Source: Nitrospirota bacterium
GTDB taxonomy: Bacteria > Nitrospirota > UBA9217
Assembly: GCA_963845065.1 (NCBI GenBank)
Contig: CAWJQQ010000009.1
Location: 1,120,001-1,184,000, forward strand
Length of the DNA stretch: 64,000 nt
Direction: 5' to 3'
Shown here: piece after piece, positions 20,202-28,522 of the stretch
How positions within the stretch are numbered: the stretch's first letter is position 1
Layout of the letters: every line of letters starts with the position of its first letter
Translations under genes and position numbers: made by a program
The notes under the pieces: generated by a model
What the model saw: the letters and a program-made list of their open reading frames with translations, nothing else
The model's database searches: none
Told to the model about the DNA's origin: nothing

Positions 20202-20465
20202 TTGGGCCAAACAATGACGACTCTTATTACCGTTATGCACAGTTCCGGATCCGGCGGCCGCTGCGATGCCAAATGCTATGATGCCAAGGATGCCAATTGC
20301 GATTGTGTCTGTGGTGGTCTTAACCATGGCAAAGGGCTGAAGAGCGCCATTCAAAATACCTCATTATATGCTGAGGAAATGATCAAGGAATATACCGGGC
20401 GAAAGGGATTAACTGATTTCACCACAAAGCTCGGAGAAAAAGTTATTCAGCCTTCTCTGTTCTAA
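20202..20465 (+). CDS. Hypothetical Cys-rich phage protein
   Basis: RCDAKCYDA...CDCVCGGLNHG. Confidence 0.6.
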   Translation: MGQTMTTLITVMHSSGSGGRCDAKCYDAKDANCDCVCGGLNHGKGLKSAIQNTSLYAEEMIKEYTGRKGLTDFTTKLGEKVIQPSLF

Positions 20466-20477
20466 GAAAGCCTTTAT

Positions 20478-23400
20478 ATGAGCGATACAATATTTGCTGA
20501 CATCAAGTCTCGCCTTCCCCTCATTGACGTCATCTCTCGGGAGTGTGCCGGGATCACTCTCAAGGGCCAGCATCTTTCCGAATGCCCCTTCTGCGGACAT
20601 CACGGCTGCTGTTCGATCGACAAGGACAAATTTCTCTATAAATGCCATAGCTGCGGTGAGGGTGGCGATATCTTCATCTTTCTTGAGAAGCGAAGAAATA
20701 TCGATCGCGGTGAGTCGCTGAAAATCCTGGCCGGCTGGGCAGGAGTGGATCTGCCTGAACCCGATAATGCTAAACCGAAAAAGGAAAAACGGGAAAGCAA
20801 GCAAGAGAAGATCTTTCGCCTGGCGCTCGAGCATTACGAGGCGGCCATGGCCGCGGATAATTCCGTGGGTCAGGCCTGGTTCTGCAAAACCCGGGGACAT
20901 GCGACCTTAACGCTAAAGAAGATGCGCGTCGGCATGGCAACGGGCACACTGCTTCCTTTCCTGAAGGAGCAGGGCATCGAGCCGGAAGATGTAATAGATG
21001 CCGGATTGGCAGATAATGCGAAGGATGGCCAGCCTGTAGAGCCTTACGATTATTTCAGGAAGGGTTGGGCAATTTTCCCGGTCATCGATGTTGACGGCCG
21101 GATGCTGACCTTTAAGAGCAAGGATCCCCAAAAGAAGGCCCCGGGGATACCGCTGCGTGGTGAAAAGAGCTGGCTCTTGAATCACGCCTCACTTGGGAGT
21201 CCCGATCTTTTCATCGTAGAGGGAGAGAACGATATCGCTTCGCTTATGGATTCCGGATTTGATAATGTCGTCGGTACCGGCGGTGGACCCGGAAAGGATC
21301 AGGTTCGGCTGATTCGGAACTTCCAGGCGAACAGGACGATCTATTTGTGGTTCGATAAGGATCCGGACAAGGATCCTATGAAGAACGAGGGTGGCGTTCA
21401 CCATACTCGGTATATCTATAAAGCCTTGGCAACGGATAGCATGATTATAAAAGTGATCAGTCAGCCGGGGAAAGCAAAGGATCCGGATGATTATCTCCAG
21501 GGGCTCTTTAGAGAAGGGAAATCGGTAGCCGAGGTACGAAGGGCTGTCCGTGAACTTTTAAGCTCATCCTTGACGCCCCTGGGATGGGAGCTCGAGCAGC
21601 TCCGGCTTATTCCGGATTCTATTCGCCGGCTGGAGGCCTTCAAGGAACGGAAACTGCCTCAGGAAATCAGCAGGATGCTATCCCGAGCCGATCAGGAAGC
21701 CTATATCAAGATGGCGTCTGAATCCATGGAGATCTCGATGAAGGCCGTCCAGGACCTGGTAGACGCTGCCGGCGATCTCATGGCCAAGATGAAGGATGCC
21801 TTCAAGGAAATGAAAACTGCGGATCCCATCAAGGTGGCAGAATTCATTTATCGTGAGATGTCCAATGGCGGCGGAGGCCGGTTCTTCAAGACTCCGGATA
21901 AGCGTTTCTGGCTGCATCATGGGCGACAGACGTTCGAAATAGCCAATAATCCGGACTTTGCCTCGCTCATGCAGCGGACAATGCACCTGGTGCCTGTGGA
22001 AAAGCCCGGGAGCACCGTGCTGCACTGTCTCCAGAACTTCTGTAATATGCATGGGGAATACGTCGAGATGATGTCCTGGCTCTGGACAGATCGGGAACGG
22101 GATACGATTTATATCAATATGAACAGCCCTCACAACAAGATCCTGCGCCTGGTCCCGGGCCACGACCCCGCCATGATCGACAATGGCACGAATGAGCAAT
22201 CAGTGCTTCTTTCCTCCAGCAATCAGATCCGCCAATTTGAATACCAGCAAACCGCAAGCGAAGCCGAAGGCTTCGCGGCGCTAAAAGAGCTTTTAATGGA
22301 CACCACGCCGGCAGATACTCCGCAGAAATATTTTCTGATTTGCTGGCTGCTGTCGACATTCGTGATGAACTATCAAACAGACCGGGGGTTGCTGCAGATC
22401 ATAGGGTCTACTCAGACGGGAAAATCGAAGGTTGCAGAACGCATGAGCCAGCTGGTCTTCGGTGAATCGTATGTCGGCAAGGGCACAGGAGCTTCAGAGA
22501 CGCGCGTGGCAACATCGGCACCTATGGTTATCCTGGATAATCTGGAAAATAAGAACTTGGCTCAAGGAACGGTGGACTTTCTGCTCTTCATAGCGAATAG
22601 CGCCAATAAGCCAAAAGCTAAAAGCGGTAGCGACACTGATGTGCTATTCCAAAAGCTTAATACGATGGCGGTGATAACGTCCATCGAAGCATTCCCCGGC
22701 CGGCTGCCGGAACTCATCAACCGGACATTTGCTCTTCTCCTCGAGGGAGTCTACCGCCAGCATGGATACATGCATGATGAGTGCATGCGCCAGATAACGA
22801 AGCATCGCAATCTGATCTTGTCGGCTGTTTTCAAAATGATCGCGAAAGATGTATTGTCCAGGCTCAGCGAGCGGAAGGACTGGTCTAAGCATATCCAGCA
22901 GCAGTATCCGGGCCACAATAAGGAACGGAATAATGAGCATCTGTGCACAATGATGCTGCTCCTCGAGGGACTGCTCAAATATATTCCGAAGTCTAAAGAC
23001 AAGGATAAGCCCATTAAAACCCAGGCCTCTGAAATCCTCCATGCCTGGATATCCTGTCAGGAGGAGCATGCGAAGGAGACGTCGACTACTTCGAATACAC
23101 TCCTGATGTTCATGGACGGCCTGGCTCACGAGATCATGGTAAAAATGCGAGGTAAGGATATTCCCTGGCAGGAGCATCCTGAGTTTCCGGGCATAAAAGT
23201 AAAGGTCTATGACGATCCGGAATATCATCATGAGTTCTATTTAACGTATGCCATCGAGGAAGATAGTCTTGAGGATGATGAGTTCATGGAAATGTATTCG
23301 AGGCTGGAGTTCATCATCCCCTCTCCAAGGCTTTACGAGATCATCAGCATGTATTACCGCAACCAGAACGAGCGGAACAAGTTCGAGACGGCCACAGCGC

Positions 23401-23600
23401 TTCAATACAGGCTCAGGAATGATAAGGCAACAATGGAATCGAATGGCTGGGAGTATGTAACGCGGGAGTCCCTAGCGGACAGATATACAAACGGGGAGCG
23501 GGCGAAGCCCGCAGAATTTGCGCCCTCAAACTCGCAATACAAAAAAATCATGGGTCATTGGCACTGGAGGTTCAGCAAAAAGGTAAGACCCGTGAAATGA
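20478..23600 (+). CDS. Primase-helicase replication protein (CHC2 Zn finger + Toprim + P-loop)
   Basis: CPFC..H...CHSC, VEGEND, FDKD, KDPDD, GSTQTGKS, VILDNLE. Confidence 0.88.
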   Translation: MSDTIFADIKSRLPLIDVISRECAGITLKGQHLSECPFCGHHGCCSIDKDKFLYKCHSCGEGGDIFIFLEKRRNIDRGESLKILAGWAGVDLPEPDNAKPKKEKRESKQEKIFRLALEHYEAAMAADNSVGQAWFCKTRGHATLTLKKMRVGMATGTLLPFLKEQGIEPEDVIDAGLADNAKDGQPVEPYDYFRKGWAIFPVIDVDGRMLTFKSKDPQKKAPGIPLRGEKSWLLNHASLGSPDLFIVEGENDIASLMDSGFDNVVGTGGGPGKDQVRLIRNFQANRTIYLWFDKDPDKDPMKNEGGVHHTRYIYKALATDSMIIKVISQPGKAKDPDDYLQGLFREGKSVAEVRRAVRELLSSSLTPLGWELEQLRLIPDSIRRLEAFKERKLPQEISRMLSRADQEAYIKMASESMEISMKAVQDLVDAAGDLMAKMKDAFKEMKTADPIKVAEFIYREMSNGGGGRFFKTPDKRFWLHHGRQTFEIANNPDFASLMQRTMHLVPVEKPGSTVLHCLQNFCNMHGEYVEMMSWLWTDRERDTIYINMNSPHNKILRLVPGHDPAMIDNGTNEQSVLLSSSNQIRQFEYQQTASEAEGFAALKELLMDTTPADTPQKYFLICWLLSTFVMNYQTDRGLLQIIGSTQTGKSKVAERMSQLVFGESYVGKGTGASETRVATSAPMVILDNLENKNLAQGTVDFLLFIANSANKPKAKSGSDTDVLFQKLNTMAVITSIEAFPGRLPELINRTFALLLEGVYRQHGYMHDECMRQITKHRNLILSAVFKMIAKDVLSRLSERKDWSKHIQQQYPGHNKERNNEHLCTMMLLLEGLLKYIPKSKDKDKPIKTQASEILHAWISCQEEHAKETSTTSNTLLMFMDGLAHEIMVKMRGKDIPWQEHPEFPGIKVKVYDDPEYHHEFYLTYAIEEDSLEDDEFMEMYSRLEFIIPSPRLYEIISMYYRNQNERNKFETATALQYRLRNDKATMESNGWEYVTRESLADRYTNGERAKPAEFAPSNSQYKKIMGHWHWRFSKKVRPVK

Positions 23601-23667
23601 ATAATTTCAAGTACATATATTTTTTAACTATACGGCCTAAATTTAGGATGAGGGCTTTTTTTGAAAA

Positions 23668-23881
23668 CATCTTCCCATCTTCCCCTAAATTCTATTATTA
23701 TATATATTTTCAATAAGTTAAGTATATAAAAGTTAGGGGAAGATGCAGGGGAAGATAAGGGGAAGATGTGGGAAGATAAGGGGAAGATGCGCGTTTTGCT
23801 TTTTTATCTTCCCCTAGAGTTAAATTATTGAAAATTAATGTAAATTTTAATTTAGGGGAAGATGGGAAGATGGGAAGATAG
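23668..23881. repeat. Iteron-containing replication origin candidate
   Basis: About 11 GGGAAGAT units in both orientations within a large imperfect inverted repeat with AT-rich spacers, directly after the primase-helicase. Confidence 0.8.
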
Positions 23882-23884
23882 AAA

Positions 23885-24202
23885 ATGCCCCTAAAAAATC
23901 AGGAGGTGTTTATGCAAGAGTATATTGATGGCGGTTTTGGTGATATTGAACCAGCAATGGAGCTGCTCAATCGGCTCGTCGGAGCAGGGATCCCGGCGGA
24001 TCTTAAGGCTCTTCACTTTGGTACAGTGGATGCGCTGCCACTTGTAAAAAAAGAAGTTCAGACCAGAATTGACCTGCAATCGCTTTCAGCAAAGGTAAGC
24101 GAACTCGAGTCCAGGATTAATGAAGCAACGATCGATACTGACAAAGGCGGCATTCGTATCTATCCTTCGACATCTCTTAATGCGATCGGAGATCGATGCT
24201 GA
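23885..24202 (+). CDS. Hypothetical protein
   Basis: RBS GGAGGTG precedes the internal ATG (MQEYID); overlaps the start of the recombinase. Confidence 0.55.
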   Translation: MPLKNQEVFMQEYIDGGFGDIEPAMELLNRLVGAGIPADLKALHFGTVDALPLVKKEVQTRIDLQSLSAKVSELESRINEATIDTDKGGIRIYPSTSLNAIGDRC

Positions 24203-25209
24203 TACCAGAATATATTCACTGGATGGAAAGAAATCAGTCCAGGCCGAAGACAATAAAAAACTATTCGAACAAGGTCCGTATCTTCGTTGCATGGCTGGAT
24301 AAAAAATTAGTTGGTGTGCCTGAGGTGGATCCCGATCGCATATTCGAATTTGATCAGCACTTAATGCACGATCGCAAGAACAAACCGTTAACGAGATCTT
24401 CTTACCTGGGCGCGCTTAGGAATTACTTTGATTTTTTAATCAATGAAGGCCTTTTCAAGAAGAATCCTGCGAAGGAGATTAAAAAGCCTAAGATCTATAA
24501 AACGCCTCCGAACTCGCTCTCTGAAGAAGAGATCGAGAAACTGATGATAGCAGCGTTCGAGAAAAAAACCGAGAAAGGACTTCGCGACCTGGCGATGGTA
24601 GCCGTCCTGACGGCGACAGGGTCTCGAGTAACTGCAGTAACAGATTTGAAGCTTACCGATTTCAGACCAACAGAAGTTTTAATTCCTGAGAACTGCCAGC
24701 ATTGCGGACAGCCGATACTGACCGGGCGCCTGGCAGGCCGCGGGAAAAAAAAGAAAGTGACGATGGTTCACCTTCACGAGAAGGGCGGTAAAGAGTGGGA
24801 CATTATTCTCCACGACAAAGCTGCATTCTATTTAAGCCAATATTTGAACAACAGAAAGATCGGCGTGAATTCAGATATTGTATTCCCTGTGCTGCATGGC
24901 GATACGGTAAAACCGCTCTCGCGGCAAGGCGCGCTCTACATCATCAAGCGCCTGGCTAAAGACGCAGGCATTACCAGAAGCATCTCTCCGCACTGCTTCA
25001 GGCATGCTGCGATTACTTGGCTCCTGGATATAGGCGTGGATCCGGAGGTAGTACAAAGATGGTTCGGACACCGGGCATTAGCCCAGACCATGGAGTACAG
25101 GAACAAGTCTATCAGGGCCTTTGTCTGGAGCGGTGTCGGCACAGAACGGAATCTCCTTGAGCATGTGAAGACGCCGATGGACTCGGTATTCGACCGGATA
25201 CATAAGTAA
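24196..25209 (+). CDS. Second tyrosine recombinase (XerC/D-like) with CxxC insertion
   Basis: SAM-like N-terminus, NPA, RDLAM..TGSR, KGGK, HCFRH, FGH, Y; insertion containing CQHC. Confidence 0.92.
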   Translation: MLIPEYIHWMERNQSRPKTIKNYSNKVRIFVAWLDKKLVGVPEVDPDRIFEFDQHLMHDRKNKPLTRSSYLGALRNYFDFLINEGLFKKNPAKEIKKPKIYKTPPNSLSEEEIEKLMIAAFEKKTEKGLRDLAMVAVLTATGSRVTAVTDLKLTDFRPTEVLIPENCQHCGQPILTGRLAGRGKKKKVTMVHLHEKGGKEWDIILHDKAAFYLSQYLNNRKIGVNSDIVFPVLHGDTVKPLSRQGALYIIKRLAKDAGITRSISPHCFRHAAITWLLDIGVDPEVVQRWFGHRALAQTMEYRNKSIRAFVWSGVGTERNLLEHVKTPMDSVFDRIHK

Positions 25210-25490
25210 GGAGTGAGCGTATTCGGAGGTTTTGTCAGCACAATGATTATTAATATACTCAGGTTATTCATACGTTGACGCATAGAAAAGGGCAATGGAT
25301 ATTTTGATTATGGCATCGATATCAATAAGGCTTGATTTAACAAGACAAAGTCAATGAACAGATGGGAACGGTTGTGTAAACGAGAAAATTGCAAAGGGTA
25401 GGGGGGTCGGTCTAGGGGGGTGTCTTCGTTTGGAGATTGGGTATGTTTTAGTTTGACTTTGGGTTTTTGGTCGAGGAGAAGGGGCGATGA

Positions 25491-25841
25491 GTGCAAGAGG
25501 ACGATGATGATCGGAGGCGCGGTGAGCGGCGATCTATTGATACGTGGGCCGAGATCGAGAAGTTGATCACGCGCGAGGCCGAGAAAAAGCTTGCTGCGGA
25601 GATGCTTGATGAAAAGCTCGCTGCCGATCGCGCCCGCGAATTCGCCGTATCGATCGTGAATCAGATTTGTGCGATGCTGCCCGGTGAGAGAATTTACGTC
25701 CCGCAGATGCCTACGCATCATCGTGAAGCTCGTGATGCTCAGATCAGAATGAACTTTGATGGTGTTTGCCGAGACACGGCTCGTGAGGTTGGTCTCTCTA
25801 TTCGGCAGGTCAGGAACATTGTGAATATGAAAAAAAATTGA
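25491..25841 (+). CDS. Mor/C-family late transcription activator
   Basis: GERIYVP...RDAQIR..F.G...A...GLSIRQVRNIV; directly before packaging genes. Confidence 0.8.
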   Translation: MQEDDDDRRRGERRSIDTWAEIEKLITREAEKKLAAEMLDEKLAADRAREFAVSIVNQICAMLPGERIYVPQMPTHHREARDAQIRMNFDGVCRDTAREVGLSIRQVRNIVNMKKN

Positions 25842-25964
25842 TACCTCTAAAATAGTGAAATTCTCGGCTTATAATTTCCTCGATACTTTAGTATCTTCAT
25901 GCCATCAGTTGAATTAGGCTGGTGGCGTTTTTGTTTCTGAGCGCCGCGCGTCTCGAGGAGATCG

Positions 25965-26918
25965 ATGGCTGAGGAAATAAAACCTGTTATTCCCCTAAAG
26001 CGGTCCCAGTTCGTCTGCCAGCATTGCAAAGGCCAAGACGGACAGGGGCCGCTTTTTTTCTTTGCGCTCGCAGGGGACATCCAGGAAAACGAAAAAGGAG
26101 AGTTCGTCTCGAGTTGTCCGCAATGCGGTGAAGAGTGCGACGAGTTGTGGTATTGCACAAACCTTCGCCAGGCAGAGGGTAAGCGGACAGGCCCAACCTC
26201 TGAAGCTGGTAAGAACAAGGTCAGAATGAACGCCTTCAGAAACGGCTCTCGATATGCTAATGGCCGCATACCCAAAGAGCTGCCGCCGGCAAAGCCGGGT
26301 GAGTATGCCGAATGCGATCGCTGCCAGGACCTGGATGAATGCAAACTGTCGGTAACCGAGAAGATGGGGACTTGCAGGATTACCATCTGTCATCGACAGA
26401 GTGAGATCTCGGCGATATTTCGCGAAGCGCACCGGAATGGAGATCCTGTCGATCTCCAATTCATCGCAGCTGAAAATCAGGCCCGAATGCAGATGGTCCT
26501 CAATGCACTGTTCAAGGCGATCTTCAAACGCGGAGTACTCGTTGACAGCATAGTCGTGAACAAGGACGGTGTCGTCTATATCGATAAAGAAGATGGCGAT
26601 GGAAATAAAACATCGGTGCCTCTCACCGAGATCAAGAGCAATCCCGCGACAAATGACATGATCAAGCTTGCGGAGAAGATGGGTTTCAGCCTGACCGACT
26701 GGACCTTGACGCCGAAGAGCAAGGAAGCAAAGGCCGCGCTCGAGGGCTACCTGGCCGGCCGCGCCGCAGAGAAGGGGCAGCCAGCCGAGGAATTCCTTGA
26801 TCAGTACCGGAAAGACATGAAGGCCTTTGAGGATGCTGTCGCGAAGGGCAATGCCGCGGCGCTTCACGATGAGACGCTAAAAGAATCCGCATCAGAAGAG
26901 AAGGTCGGCGATGCATGA
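25965..26918 (+). CDS. Probable terminase small subunit / Zn-binding packaging protein
   Basis: Position before terL; CxxC pairs; GPTSEAGK....NA..NG motif. Confidence 0.55.
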   Translation: MAEEIKPVIPLKRSQFVCQHCKGQDGQGPLFFFALAGDIQENEKGEFVSSCPQCGEECDELWYCTNLRQAEGKRTGPTSEAGKNKVRMNAFRNGSRYANGRIPKELPPAKPGEYAECDRCQDLDECKLSVTEKMGTCRITICHRQSEISAIFREAHRNGDPVDLQFIAAENQARMQMVLNALFKAIFKRGVLVDSIVVNKDGVVYIDKEDGDGNKTSVPLTEIKSNPATNDMIKLAEKMGFSLTDWTLTPKSKEAKAALEGYLAGRAAEKGQPAEEFLDQYRKDMKAFEDAVAKGNAAALHDETLKESASEEKVGDA

Positions 26919-28522
26919 CGCAGGCGCATATTCAAAACATACAGATCAGGAACCGGGCCGAAGAGGAGATTGCAAAGTACTCCTCATCGGATCTTCTCTG
27001 GCTGAAACACATCTGCAACTTCACGCCGCGGCCGCAGCAGCTCATGTACATGGCACAGATGGACGAATACCCGTTCATCTCGATCGTGGCGATGCAGCGG
27101 ACAGGCAAGTCGCGGGGCGTGGACGCGAAATGCGTGAAGTGGGCGGCCACGATACCGAAGGAAGATCTCCGCTTCTTCGCGCCGGCAGTCTACCAGGCAC
27201 GGAAAAATCTGAAAGATGGCATAGACATCATCCTGGGCTCGCCGATCCTCCTGGCGTATATCGAAACCCGGCTTGGGCGGCGCCAGATCTCCTCGACGCA
27301 ATTCGGATTCATGAACGGATCGAATGGCGAGGCCTTCGGACAGGAATCGAACCTGGACGGCGTGAATGCCACGATCCTGCACAACGACGAGTTCGACGAT
27401 ATGGACATGGAGGTCTTCAAGAACCGCATCCTGCCGCGCGGGTCCGGGAAAAACGAGAATGGCATGCCCACGCGGGTTATCCTGACTGGAACTATCCAGG
27501 AAGAGCAGGGGAATTTATATTCGGTCTCACAGGATCCTACCTTCTTCAAGCCCCCTATGATCAATATCTATCACGCCCTCGAGGCGGGGTTGATCGACAA
27601 GGCTTTCTTCAAACTCTTGAAGGAGCAGCTGACGCCGGACGAGTGGCTCCGGATCGCGCTCTGCATGTACAAGGGCGGCCGCCAGTTCTTCCCCCAGAAG
27701 GCGCTACGGAAAATGCAGACGCGCGGCGCAGAGATGCTGATGAAAGTCGTGCGTCCGGAATTTGGCAAGGAATATCAGTCCGAGGGGGAAGTGTCTTTCG
27801 GTCTCGACATGGGCGCTCAGGGACAGCAGGCGACATCCTCCAAATATTCACTCAGCGTAACCGAGCGCGTTGGGCTCTGGAAGCGCTGGATCTATGGCAA
27901 GGAATGGGCGCCTACCACGGACCCGAAAATAATCAAGCGGGACGTGATCGAGCTCTGGAGTTTCTTCCGGCCGAAGGGTGGATTCGGGGATGCCTTCGAT
28001 TCGAATCTTATCGCGGACATCAACGATCAGCTCTATGCGGAAGGCCTCGTGTCCTACAGCAGGCAGCGTGAAGGCACGGAAGAGAACGCCCAAGCGAACT
28101 GGGATAAATGGCCGTTCCAGCCGATAAGGTTTACCGGGTACCAGAAGCATTGGATGTTGAAGACGCTGCGCGACGATATTTTTGAAGGCCGGTATTTCAC
28201 ACCGCTCCCGGAGATCGAATCGGATGATCGCTGGGACCCTGCAAAGGCAAAAGGATTCGTGGACCCGGCGGAGGGTGAAAAGGCGCTCATTAAATTTATC
28301 GTGCAGTGCAAGAACATGAGGGCCGAACGTGCCCCGTCCGGACAGTATTACATCTACAGCATGATTAAGTCACGGCTCGGAGATGATAACGTGGACAGTG
28401 CGGCAATGGCAAATGCTTTCCTGGAGACCGGGAAAGGAACGACGTCCGGACCGATCGAGCATGTAAGCAGCGGGGTCTCTACCAGCGTGAGTTCCGGAAC
28501 GCAAGGAGTTTTTAATACCTGA
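26915..28522 (+). CDS. terL: Terminase large subunit
   Basis: Walker A QRTGKS, Walker B LHNDE, nuclease GLDMG and DDNVDS. Confidence 0.9.
   Translation: MTQAHIQNIQIRNRAEEEIAKYSSSDLLWLKHICNFTPRPQQLMYMAQMDEYPFISIVAMQRTGKSRGVDAKCVKWAATIPKEDLRFFAPAVYQARKNLKDGIDIILGSPILLAYIETRLGRRQISSTQFGFMNGSNGEAFGQESNLDGVNATILHNDEFDDMDMEVFKNRILPRGSGKNENGMPTRVILTGTIQEEQGNLYSVSQDPTFFKPPMINIYHALEAGLIDKAFFKLLKEQLTPDEWLRIALCMYKGGRQFFPQKALRKMQTRGAEMLMKVVRPEFGKEYQSEGEVSFGLDMGAQGQQATSSKYSLSVTERVGLWKRWIYGKEWAPTTDPKIIKRDVIELWSFFRPKGGFGDAFDSNLIADINDQLYAEGLVSYSRQREGTEENAQANWDKWPFQPIRFTGYQKHWMLKTLRDDIFEGRYFTPLPEIESDDRWDPAKAKGFVDPAEGEKALIKFIVQCKNMRAERAPSGQYYIYSMIKSRLGDDNVDSAAMANAFLETGKGTTSGPIEHVSSGVSTSVSSGTQGVFNT

Noticed and set aside
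23668..23881. GGGAAGAT repeats as a CRISPR array
   Set aside because: Units are about 8-12 bp, in both orientations, with no unique spacers and no cas genes; they fit iterons.
26911..28071. 386-aa alternative-frame ORF over terL, and other long shadow ORFs such as 25995-26867 and 59784-60563
   Set aside because: Arg/Gly-rich or antisense shadows of GC3-biased genes with no recognisable motifs.
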